From Candidatus Azotimanducaceae bacterium (GTDB lineage Bacteria > Pseudomonadota > Gammaproteobacteria > Pseudomonadales > Azotimanducaceae), in assembly GCA_047626255.1 (NCBI GenBank), contig JBLHRT010000001.1:1-46811 (forward strand): DNA of 46,811 nucleotides. The letters run 5' to 3'. Of this stretch, positions 19,739 to 28,011 are shown piece by piece (positions within the stretch are counted from its first letter, which is position 1; every line of letters begins with the position of its first letter). The translations under genes and the position numbers were made by a program. The notes beneath the pieces were generated by a model. It was not told the origin of the DNA. It was given only the letters and a program-made list of their open reading frames with translations, and made no database searches.

Positions 19739-20344
19739 TTACTTCTGCAGACCGCGAATATAACTAGCAACAGCGGCGATCTCTTTGTCACTTAAATCCA
19801 TCGCTGTGAGCCGCATCATGCGACCGTCACCGTCATTGTGACGCATACCCGAGCGGAACAACTTGAGTTGAGCCTCGGTATACTCTGGCCACTGTCCCGC
19901 TAGCATCGGAAAAGCTGCAGCATCATTACCCTGACCCGTCGGTGAATGGCAGGCTGTACACGCGGCCACGCTCTTGCGGGCGACACCCGCCCGGTAGATG
20001 CTTTCGCCCAGATCAACAAGATCAGGATCAGCAGTGCCGCCTTTGGGCGTCTGGCTGGCGAAATAACCTGCGACATCTTGCATATCCTGATCAGTGTAGT
20101 TGTTCAGCAGGCCGGTCATCAGCACCGCTGCGCGATTACCGTCTTTAATATCAACCAATTGCTTGAACAAATATTTCTGTCCTTGCCCTGCAATGCTTGG
20201 AAAAGCACCAGCAGCACTGTTGCCATCTGTTCCATGACAGGCAACACACGTCGCTGACAATGCCTTGCCATGGGCAATATTGGTTTCTGCCTGTGCCGCA
20301 ATAGACGACAGGCCAATGATGAGTCCTACAACAATTCTAAACAT
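19739..20344 (-). CDS. diheme cytochrome c4
   Basis: It has a signal peptide and two CxxCH motifs (CVACH, CTACH) with the spacing expected of cytochrome c4. It lies divergent from engB. Confidence 0.85.
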   Translation of the reverse strand: MFRIVVGLIIGLSSIAAQAETNIAHGKALSATCVACHGTDGNSAAGAFPSIAGQGQKYLFKQLVDIKDGNRAAVLMTGLLNNYTDQDMQDVAGYFASQTPKGGTADPDLVDLGESIYRAGVARKSVAACTACHSPTGQGNDAAAFPMLAGQWPEYTEAQLKLFRSGMRHNDGDGRMMRLTAMDLSDKEIAAVASYIRGLQK

Positions 20345-20445
20345 GAGTTTCCCTAAAAAAACAAATTCTGGATTGGCAGTGTTAAGCTACCGCCCCAGTA
20401 TATAACAAAGTAGGCCTGAAGGCCCAAACGAGTAAGCAGCAAAAT

Positions 20446-21138
20446 ATGGTGATTGTACCCGAACCGACTAATAATTCGCCGCGCGTAGATCTGGGGAACA
20501 TCGAATTCCTCAAAAGTGCCGCCAATCTATCTCATTGCCCTGATGATACGGGACTGGAGGTTGCTTTCTGCGGTCGCTCAAACGCAGGTAAATCCAGCGC
20601 TATTAACTACCTAACCGGACAGAACAAGTTAGCGAGGACCAGCAAGACGCCAGGTCGAACGCAATTGATCAACTTTTTTACAGTCTCGGATGAATTTCGG
20701 CTGGTAGACCTGCCCGGCTACGGCTATGCCAAGGTACCCACGAGAATGAAACGGGACTGGCACGAGAACATCGACAACTATCTACGCAATCGCCTGTCAC
20801 TCACGGGGCTGGTTTTGTTGATGGATATTCGCCATCCACTCAAAGCTTTTGATCACACAATGATCAATTGGAGCGCCCAGGCTCAAATGCCACTGCATAT
20901 CCTGCTCACGAAATGCGACAAGCTTAAGCGTGGCGCACAGCAAGCGACGTTGCTCAAGGTTAAGCGAGAATTAGCCGACCAGAAGTCGACGACCATCCAG
21001 TTATTCTCTTCGACCCATGAAATGGGTCAGAAGCTACTGCTAAAACAGCTCTCTGACTGGGTCAATCAAGGACATCGGGGCGATTTAGTATCTCGCCAAG
21101 ATGCGAGCCTATCGGCAGTTATTCCGTCTGCCGATTGA
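20446..21138 (+). CDS. engB: ribosome-biogenesis GTPase EngB/YihA
   Basis: GRSNAGKSS (G1), DLPGYGYA (G3) and TKCDK (G4) are present. Confidence 0.9.
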   Translation: MVIVPEPTNNSPRVDLGNIEFLKSAANLSHCPDDTGLEVAFCGRSNAGKSSAINYLTGQNKLARTSKTPGRTQLINFFTVSDEFRLVDLPGYGYAKVPTRMKRDWHENIDNYLRNRLSLTGLVLLMDIRHPLKAFDHTMINWSAQAQMPLHILLTKCDKLKRGAQQATLLKVKRELADQKSTTIQLFSSTHEMGQKLLLKQLSDWVNQGHRGDLVSRQDASLSAVIPSAD

Positions 21139-21201
21139 CGCTCGACCCGGCGCATGAAAATCTGACAGACCGTTGAGTGCCGAGCTGACCAAATCGCTGA
21201 C

Positions 21202-21242
21202 AAAAAAAAGCCCTGATCACCTTCGGGGAGGATGTGATCAGG
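21202..21242 (-). terminator. intrinsic terminator on the minus strand
   Basis: The minus strand reads cctgatcac-atcctccccgaag-gtgatcagg-GC-TTTTTTTT. That is a 9-bp perfect stem (21212-21220 / 21234-21242) followed by 8 U (21202-21209). No T-run follows it on the plus strand. Confidence 0.7.
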
Positions 21243-21483
21243 ACTTGGGGTCTTCGGTGCTTTAGGGGAAGAAAATCACCGACGTTCTACTACTCTTGAC
21301 GATTTATTGCCTACTATCGCTCACTGCTTAAGTTCATTGGGGGGAACCTTGAACTAAAGACCTTTTTCTAACCTTCGTTTTTGCTATCGTCTTTGTACTC
21401 GCTTGCTAAACGTTCACTTGTTATTACTCGATCTTTCCTCTCACCTGACTATCAACCCGACACCAAATTGTTGGGGGGACAAT
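21202..21483 (-). ncRNA. candidate structured RNA: four hairpins with a shared C-rich (minus) / G-rich (plus) loop motif. The strand and 5' end are not established.
   Basis: The hand-folded hairpins H1-H4 are described in the findings. The minus strand is favoured only because H1 is a canonical terminator in that orientation. It occupies the same slot and orientation relative to polA as spf in E. coli. Confidence 0.3.
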
Positions 21484-21484
21484 C

Positions 21485-21649
21485 ATGCTGCCAGATTCAC
21501 TGTCAGGTTCGAGTCTAGATCTTGTAGCTAGTCGCTACATGGCTCTTCGCTACATGGCTCTTCGCTACATGAATAATAAGACCAGTCCTTGCAGACAAAG
21601 TTCAACAAAACTGCAATTTGTTTTTTTGATCGACTCATTTTGTCACTGA
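21485..21649 (+). CDS. hypothetical 54-aa small ORF (below the ORF-track cutoff)
   Basis: The ATG at 21485 is preceded by GGGGGGA with a 5-nt spacer. The translation is MLPDSLSGSSLDLVASRYMALRYMALRYMNNKTSPCRQSSTKLQFVFLIDSFCH. There is no known homology and it may be fortuitous. Confidence 0.2.
   Translation: MLPDSLSGSSLDLVASRYMALRYMALRYMNNKTSPCRQSSTKLQFVFLIDSFCH
21533..21571. repeat. 15-nt tandem repeat cgctacatggctctt x2.6
   Basis: Read directly. Units are at 21533-21547 and 21548-21562, with a partial unit at 21563-21571. Confidence 0.9.
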
Positions 21650-21674
21650 ACAACTCTGAGGCTCATGAGACAGA

Positions 21675-24365
21675 CTAATGTGCCGCCTCCCAATCCTGAC
21701 CGACACCGGTCTCGACCAACAGCGGTACTTTGAGCTGCGCCGCACCCGTCATCTTTTCATTGAGTATGCGCGTCACCTCCTCCACCTGATCGTCCCTAAC
21801 CTCCAGCACCAGCTCATCGTGAACCTGCATAATCATCAGCGCATCAGGCTGGGCGTCTTGCAACCATTGGTCAACAGAGATCATGGCTAACTTGATAATG
21901 TCCGCCGCAGAACCCTGCATAGGCGCATTGATCGCCGTTCGCTCTGCCGCCTGTCGCCGCTGGAAGTTACTGGTATTGATTTCTGGCAAGTACAGGCGTC
22001 GACCAAACAAGGTCTCGACAAAGCCCTGCTCAGCTGCCAAGGCTCGCGTTTTATCCATGTACTCACGTACGCCCGGGTAGCGCTCAAAATACATGTCGAT
22101 ATAGCTTTGGGCGGCGCCACGACCGATATTCAGCTGGCGCCCCAGACCGAAGGCAGACATACCGTAAATCAGACCGAAATTAATCGCCTTGGCACTACGA
22201 CGCTGATCCACGGTCACGTCGTCAAGTTCACACCCAAAGACCTCCGCTGCGGTAGCTTTATGAATATCCAAACCCTGTGAAAATGCCGACAAAAGACCGG
22301 CGTCAGACGATAAGTGGGCCATAATACGCAGCTCTATCTGCGAGTAATCTGCGGCAACCAGCTTATACCCTGACGGTGCAATGAAGGCTTTCCTGACCCG
22401 TCGTCCTTCCTCCGTGCGAATCGGTATATTCTGCAGGTTCGGGTCACTACTCGACAACCTACCCGTTGCTGCCACTGCTTGGTGATACGATGTATGAACC
22501 CGACCGGTGGCCGCACTGATCTGCTTGGGCAACTGATCTGTGTAAGTAGACTTGAGTTTTGATAACCCACGATACTCCGTGATGACTTTCGGCAAAGGGT
22601 AATCTAAAGCGAGCTCCTGGAGCACATCTTCCGCCGTTGATGGCTGTCCTTTCGGCGTCTTCTTCTTGACCGGTAGTGCCAGCTTCTCAAACAAAATAAC
22701 TTGTAGCTGCCGCGGTGAGCCCAGGTTAAATGTCTCACCCGCTAACTCAAAAGCTTCTTGTTGCAGCTCGGCAAGGCGTTCGCCAAGTTGTGCGCTTTGA
22801 GTTTGCAATAGTTCGCGGTCTAGCAGCACGCCGTTGCGCTCGATCCGTGACAAGACGGTGACTAGCGGTAGCTCGATCGACTCAAAGACGTGTTGCAGGG
22901 ACGGGCTTTCTGCCAGCTTTGGCCACAACGCCTGATGTAGTTGCAAAGTGATATCAGCATCCTCAGCAGCATACTGGCCGGCGACATCAAGCGGTACCTG
23001 GTCAAATGTGATCTGCTTGGCTCCCTTGCCCGCTACGTCTTCAAAGTGAGTGGTCTGCTTGCCAAGATATTTCAGCGCAAGATCGTCCATGTTGTGGCGC
23101 GACGCTACCGAATTCAATACGTAAGATTCGAGCATCGTATCGAAGGCAACACCTCGCAAGGTGATGCCGTGCCTAGCCAAAACGCTCATGTCATATTTTA
23201 AGTTTTGCCCTACCTTTTTCTTGTTGGGATCTTCCAACAGAGCTCGAAGTCGGCCCATAACAGTATCCACCGACAGCTGTTCGGGTGCGCCAATATAGGC
23301 ATGCGCCATCGGCACATAAGCGGCTTCACCAGCAGTGACGCTGAACGACACGCCCACCAGATCAGCCGCCATATAATCGAGACTGGTGGTTTCGGTATCG
23401 AACGCGAACAAGTCTGCCGCCTGCAACATATCGACCCAGCGTTCTAGCTCAGGCAGTGTCGTTATCAACTCGTAAGTAACAGCAACCTGTTCCGGCCTGA
23501 CTTCATCATCGGCGCTGTGCAACTCTTCAAGCCACTGGCGAAATTCGTATTCCGTATATAACGCTCGCAAGGCGACGTTATCCGGGGTCGTCATTTCAAG
23601 CCCTTCCGGCCCCACATCAAGCTGCACGTCTAATTTGATCGTTGCTAATTCATAGGACATCGGTAACGTTTCTAGCGCGTCGCGCAAGTACTCTCCCACT
23701 TTGCCCTTAACCTCGTCTGCGTGCTCAATGACCCCCTTAAAACTGCCGTATGCGTCTAGCCATTTGACGGCGGTTTTTGGCCCACATTTTGGCACCCCAG
23801 GGATATTGTCAGATGTATCGCCAACCAAAGCGAGATAATCGATTATCTGGTCAGGTCTAACACCAAATTTGTCGATCACCCCCTCGGGGTCCATCACCAT
23901 TTCATTCATGGTATTTACCAGCGTGATATGCTCATTGACGAGTTGCGCCATATCTTTGTCGCCAGTTGAAATCAATACATCTAACTCTTGCTCAGTGGCG
24001 CGCGCAGCGAGGGTCCCGATAACATCATCGGCCTCTACACCCTCAACAATCAGCAAAGGCACACCCATGTGTTTAATAATTTCGTGGATGGGAGCTATCT
24101 GTTCCCTAAGCTCATCTGGCATGGCGGCACGGTTAGCTTTATATTCTGGATAAATATCATTTCGAAATGATTTCCCCTTAGCATCAAAAACGACAGCGAT
24201 ATGACTCTCAGGATTGTCGTTGATTAATTTTTTGATCATGCTGATAACGCCTTTCATGGCGCCGGTATGTGCACCCTTGGTGCTCATCAACTTCGGTAGT
24301 GCATGAAACGCGCGAAAAAGGTAGGATGAACCGTCTATTAAGACCAGCGGATATTTGTCTTTCAT
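21675..24365 (-). CDS. polA: DNA polymerase I
   Basis: It is 896 aa with a 5'-nuclease, a 3'-5' exonuclease and polymerase motifs (DYSQIELR, QVHDELV). Confidence 0.97.
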   Translation of the reverse strand: MKDKYPLVLIDGSSYLFRAFHALPKLMSTKGAHTGAMKGVISMIKKLINDNPESHIAVVFDAKGKSFRNDIYPEYKANRAAMPDELREQIAPIHEIIKHMGVPLLIVEGVEADDVIGTLAARATEQELDVLISTGDKDMAQLVNEHITLVNTMNEMVMDPEGVIDKFGVRPDQIIDYLALVGDTSDNIPGVPKCGPKTAVKWLDAYGSFKGVIEHADEVKGKVGEYLRDALETLPMSYELATIKLDVQLDVGPEGLEMTTPDNVALRALYTEYEFRQWLEELHSADDEVRPEQVAVTYELITTLPELERWVDMLQAADLFAFDTETTSLDYMAADLVGVSFSVTAGEAAYVPMAHAYIGAPEQLSVDTVMGRLRALLEDPNKKKVGQNLKYDMSVLARHGITLRGVAFDTMLESYVLNSVASRHNMDDLALKYLGKQTTHFEDVAGKGAKQITFDQVPLDVAGQYAAEDADITLQLHQALWPKLAESPSLQHVFESIELPLVTVLSRIERNGVLLDRELLQTQSAQLGERLAELQQEAFELAGETFNLGSPRQLQVILFEKLALPVKKKTPKGQPSTAEDVLQELALDYPLPKVITEYRGLSKLKSTYTDQLPKQISAATGRVHTSYHQAVAATGRLSSSDPNLQNIPIRTEEGRRVRKAFIAPSGYKLVAADYSQIELRIMAHLSSDAGLLSAFSQGLDIHKATAAEVFGCELDDVTVDQRRSAKAINFGLIYGMSAFGLGRQLNIGRGAAQSYIDMYFERYPGVREYMDKTRALAAEQGFVETLFGRRLYLPEINTSNFQRRQAAERTAINAPMQGSAADIIKLAMISVDQWLQDAQPDALMIMQVHDELVLEVRDDQVEEVTRILNEKMTGAAQLKVPLLVETGVGQDWEAAH

Positions 24366-24399
24366 GTCTTGTCACTCAGATATTTGGGGGAACCATACT

Positions 24400-24711
24400 G
24401 TGAACTCACCCAACTTTCCAATGCTAGTTGCAGCTACTGTATTGGTCATAGGTGCTTATATAGCGCCGCCGCTCATGCCTACAAGCATAGCCGCTGAAAG
24501 GCCAGCTTCCGCCACGGGCGATGTTGAAATCGTCATTGGTGAAAACCGTACTATTTATGAATATCGCACCGCCGGCCGATTGATGATGATCAAGATCGTG
24601 CCTAAAGAGGGTCGTCCTTATTACATGGTTCCCGCGGATGGATCACCCCACTTCACAGATCTAGATCACGGCCGCAAGCTATATCCCCAGTGGGTGTTAT
24701 TCGAGTGGTAG
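24400..24711 (+). CDS. DUF2782 family secreted protein
   Basis: It has a signal-like N-terminus and IYEYRTAGRLMMIKIVPKEGRPYYMVPADG, typical of DUF2782. It sits between polA and thrB, as in Pseudomonas. I prefer the GTG at 24400, which has GGGGGAA 7 nt upstream. The ATG at 24421 is an alternative. The track TTG at 24355 would overlap the polA start. Confidence 0.7.
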   Translation: MNSPNFPMLVAATVLVIGAYIAPPLMPTSIAAERPASATGDVEIVIGENRTIYEYRTAGRLMMIKIVPKEGRPYYMVPADGSPHFTDLDHGRKLYPQWVLFEW

Positions 24712-24755
24712 ACTCGGCGGTTGAGTTTCCAGAGCAATTCCCAGGGCAATAGTTA

Positions 24756-25682
24756 ATGGCTGCATTTACTACCTTCACGCAGAGTGCGCTGTGTCGCTAT
24801 CTGGCTATCTATGATCTTGGGGAGCTCAAAACCTATTCGCCCATTACAGCAGGTATCGAAAACTCAAATTACTATGTAACCCTCACCAGGGATGGCGTTG
24901 ATTGTGACTATGTGTTGACAATTAACGAGAGCCTGAACTTTGAGCAGGCGCCCTTCTTTAGCCAGTTGTTGGACCAACTTGCACGTCAAAATCTACCCGT
25001 GCCAGCGCCACATCGAACCATGGACGGCATGTCGAGTACCGTCTTTTGTGGCAAGCCGACCTGGCTGTTTCCATGCTTGCCGGGTGTTCATCCCGATCCT
25101 GTTAGCACCGAGCAATGCCGGGCGATCGGTGCGAGTATTGCCAAACTGCATACAGCAGCCCAAGGGCCCAAACTACAACGCACGAACCCTTACAGCGCAA
25201 CGTGGCTTGAAACAACCTACAGCGAAAATCGCTGGCGTCTGGAAGAACAGGATCAGGCTTCCCTGGATAAAGTCGCGGCTGAATATCGGCAGCTGCAAGA
25301 TCTGATATTACCCGTAGGGATCATTCATGGTGACTTGTTCAGAGACAACGCCTTGTTTATAGATGATGAACTTACCGGGATTATTGATTTTTATCACGCT
25401 TGCACAGATTTTCTAATCCAGGACCTGGCGATTACGATCAATGACTGGTGTAGTGATGAAAATGGCGTGATGCGCGTGTCATTATGCGACGCGCTGATTG
25501 GAGGTTATGAGGCGATTCGGCCGCTTGAGGCAGATGAGCACAAATACTTGCCCGCCTTTCAACGGGTCGGCGCTATGCGATTCCTGTTAACACGCTATGT
25601 CAGTGACACCGGTGACGGGCCCTTGAAGGATCCTATGGAGTTTATACGTATCGGCCGACACCTGTCGTTGTTAGCGTTTTAG
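24756..25682 (+). CDS. thrB: homoserine kinase, phosphotransferase (APH-like) type
   Basis: FT.F....L..YL..YDLGEL...ITAGIENSNYYV and HGDLFRDN match the Pseudomonas-type ThrB. Confidence 0.85.
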   Translation: MAAFTTFTQSALCRYLAIYDLGELKTYSPITAGIENSNYYVTLTRDGVDCDYVLTINESLNFEQAPFFSQLLDQLARQNLPVPAPHRTMDGMSSTVFCGKPTWLFPCLPGVHPDPVSTEQCRAIGASIAKLHTAAQGPKLQRTNPYSATWLETTYSENRWRLEEQDQASLDKVAAEYRQLQDLILPVGIIHGDLFRDNALFIDDELTGIIDFYHACTDFLIQDLAITINDWCSDENGVMRVSLCDALIGGYEAIRPLEADEHKYLPAFQRVGAMRFLLTRYVSDTGDGPLKDPMEFIRIGRHLSLLAF

Positions 25683-26288
25683 CGACTCGATAATCTTCTG
25701 GATTTTCTCGGCTTGGTGAGGGGATTTGATAAACCCGACATAGCGCCCGAAGGGATCGACCACCACCAAGCTGCCGCTATGATCCATGGTATAAGTGCCT
25801 GGTTCGGCGCCAGGCACCTTGCCAAACGCGATGTTAACGTTCGTCGCCAGCCCTACCAGATCATCAAACGTGCCTGTATAGCCTTTGAAATCCGCATTAA
25901 AGCCTGTGAGATATGCCGCCAGTTGATCCGGCGTGTCGCGTTCAGGGTCCACGCTGACCAGTACCACTTGCGGCGGTTCAGCCATTTTCTTTACCGCCCG
26001 ATTCAACACACCCAGTGTGGTTGGGCAAACATCGGGGCAATAGGTGAAGCCAAAAAACAACACTGACCACTGGCCTTTCAGCGCCGTCAGACCCACGGGT
26101 TGACCCGTCTGATCTAGCAGCTTGAAGGGCAAGATTTCCCGGGGTTCTGGGAAACCATAATACCCAAGAGCCTGATAGCCCTCTGCACTCAGGCTCTTGG
26201 GTACCATCATGTTGTAGATGAGCATTCCGAGCATCAAGGCAATAAAGCCAAAGATCATCAGTAAGGTGTTTTTAATCCCCTGGGTCAT
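25671..26288 (-). CDS. SCO1/SenC copper chaperone
   Basis: It has one N-terminal TM segment, the FGFTYCPDVCP CxxxC motif, SVDPERDTP and the MDHS histidine ligand. Its 3' end overlaps the convergent thrB by 12 nt. Confidence 0.85.
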   Translation of the reverse strand: MTQGIKNTLLMIFGFIALMLGMLIYNMMVPKSLSAEGYQALGYYGFPEPREILPFKLLDQTGQPVGLTALKGQWSVLFFGFTYCPDVCPTTLGVLNRAVKKMAEPPQVVLVSVDPERDTPDQLAAYLTGFNADFKGYTGTFDDLVGLATNVNIAFGKVPGAEPGTYTMDHSGSLVVVDPFGRYVGFIKSPHQAEKIQKIIESLKR

Positions 26289-26320
26289 AGAAATTACCAG
26301 CCGTAAGAATGAGGTGGGCT

Positions 26321-27247
26321 TCAGACTGGCTGAAGGGTCAGAACATAATCCACAGGGAAGGCGTAATGGTCGATGAGCAATGCGAGAAAAAGCAGCATCA
26401 GATAAACAATGGAATAGCGAAAGGTCTCAATGGGTGCGCGCTTATTGTTTCCCTTGATAAGCACCAGACTCCAGTAAAGAAAACCCGCGCCGAGCGCCAG
26501 TGCAGACACCAAATACAACAGATTGCTCATACCAATGAGGTAAGGCAATACGGTCACGAGTATCATGACAATGGTATATAACAGAATGTGCAACTTGGTG
26601 TACGCGACACCGTGAGTCACAGGCAGCATGGGAATATCAACCTTTCGATACTCTTCCATGCGATCGATCGCGAGCGCCCAGAAATGGGGTGGCGTCCAAG
26701 CAAAAATAATCAGCACAAGTAGCAGTCCACCGCCATCAATACTATTGGTCACGGCAGTCCAGCCAAATAGCGGCGGTGCGGCGCCAAACAAACCACCGAT
26801 CACAATATTTTGTGGCGTTGCACGTTTCAGATAGACCGTATAGATGACACCATAGCCAATCCAAGATGCCAGATTTAGCCAGGCAGTTAATGGATTGACC
26901 AGGATAGCTAAAATAGCGATGCCGATCACACCCGAGGCGGCAACGAAGATAGCGCCCTGTGTATTAGACACGCGCCCTTGCGCCATCGGTCGATTGCGGG
27001 TTCTCGCCATGTCTGCGTCGATTTTTGAATCCATGAGATGATTCATCGCCGCCGCCGAGCCAGCGACGAGAGCAATACCCAGGTTGCCGAACAGCAGAAT
27101 GTCCCATGGCACCATTCCGGGCGTGGCCAGAAACATGCCGACAACCGAACACAGTAACATCAACAAAACGACCTTGGGCTTGCACATCTCCAGGTAGTCC
27201 TGCCAGCCAGGTCTCGCGCTCATCACATAGTCATCAGTTTCAGACAC
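26321..27247 (-). CDS. cyoE: protoheme IX farnesyltransferase (heme O synthase)
   Basis: It is a polytopic UbiA-family protein ([19 protein letters not shown] motif) inside the cox cluster. Confidence 0.9.
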   Translation of the reverse strand: MSETDDYVMSARPGWQDYLEMCKPKVVLLMLLCSVVGMFLATPGMVPWDILLFGNLGIALVAGSAAAMNHLMDSKIDADMARTRNRPMAQGRVSNTQGAIFVAASGVIGIAILAILVNPLTAWLNLASWIGYGVIYTVYLKRATPQNIVIGGLFGAAPPLFGWTAVTNSIDGGGLLLVLIIFAWTPPHFWALAIDRMEEYRKVDIPMLPVTHGVAYTKLHILLYTIVMILVTVLPYLIGMSNLLYLVSALALGAGFLYWSLVLIKGNNKRAPIETFRYSIVYLMLLFLALLIDHYAFPVDYVLTLQPV

Positions 27248-27326
27248 AGTTGTGTAATTCTTCAGTCATTATCGGGTACCACATAGTAACGAATATTGAA
27301 GCAATTTTCAGTGAGAATCTGTCACA

Positions 27327-28004
27327 TCAGCCAATGTTGGAGATTTTCAGCAGGTGTTTGATATCCTTGCGCAGAGGTGCGCCAATTTTTTCGAAGGCGT
27401 AAAACATCATAATATTGCCATTGGGATCCATCAGCAACAGATAGTCTGCCGCCGTGGTGCCCGGGAGTCGACTCTGTAAAGCACTTTGTAGCGCTTGAGA
27501 TGAGTAAATCTTTGTAGTGAGGTCGCCGTGCTCAGTGGTCAATAACGCTTGCAGTTCAGCACTCGGGTCGACGCTCAGTAAGGCAATGCGCTCGATACGG
27601 TCAGCGTCTTTACCGAGGCCGATTTTGATCTGGCGGCTCAGGTACAAGCGCTGCTGACATTCTTCGCCGCACGTTGCTGCCACCGGAATCAGCATGGTCC
27701 AGACACCTCCAGGCTCAACGACAGGCTCGGTCAGACCCAGGGTAACACCCGACAAAGGCGGTTGGATGAGGACACCCTCATTGGTTGTCGACGCGGGAAT
27801 CAAGTCAGGGAAATAGAAAAACAGACCATAAGCCACGAACATAGGTACGATGGCGATAGCGAATAGAAAAACCAACTTTCGACGGTTCTTTGTTAGTGCC
27901 GCCTTCTTTTCATCAAAAGTTTCAACGGGAGTTTCAATAGAAGTCTCAACAGAGACCTCAGCGGGCTTATTGCTTTCCAGAGGTTCGTTCAAGGCGTTCT
28001 CCAA
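27327..28004 (-). CDS. membrane-anchored SCO1/SenC-like thioredoxin-fold protein lacking the conserved His ligand
   Basis: It has a single TM segment (LVFLFAIAIVPMFVAYGLFFY). GVWTMLIPVAATCGEEC...ALLSVDP...LLLMDPNGNIMMFY aligns by eye with GQWSVLFFGFTYCPDVC...VLVSVDP...LVVVDPFGRYVGFI of the neighbouring SCO1. Where SCO1 has MDHS, this protein has AADY. Confidence 0.55.
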   Translation of the reverse strand: MENALNEPLESNKPAEVSVETSIETPVETFDEKKAALTKNRRKLVFLFAIAIVPMFVAYGLFFYFPDLIPASTTNEGVLIQPPLSGVTLGLTEPVVEPGGVWTMLIPVAATCGEECQQRLYLSRQIKIGLGKDADRIERIALLSVDPSAELQALLTTEHGDLTTKIYSSQALQSALQSRLPGTTAADYLLLMDPNGNIMMFYAFEKIGAPLRKDIKHLLKISNIG

Positions 28005-28011
28005 TCATGAT

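Noticed and set aside
21330-21335. GAACTT on the minus strand, which is the AlgU/sigmaE -35 consensus. It is relevant because ErsA is reported to be sigma22-dependent.
   Set aside because: No TCTGA/TCAAA-like -10 lies 16-17 nt downstream, and the hexamer is part of the H3 stem. A weak sigma70-like TTAAGC-N17-AATAAA is also present nearby, but it is not convincing enough to call.
21604-21628. The hairpin aacaaa-actgcaa-tttgtt followed by TTTTT, as a plus-strand terminator.
   Set aside because: The stem is only 6 bp and almost entirely A-U. It lies inside the candidate small ORF. It is too weak to call.
25671-25682. A 12-nt overlap of the convergent 3' ends of thrB and SCO1.
   Set aside because: Short convergent overlaps are common in compact genomes. 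No structure or repeat is associated with it.
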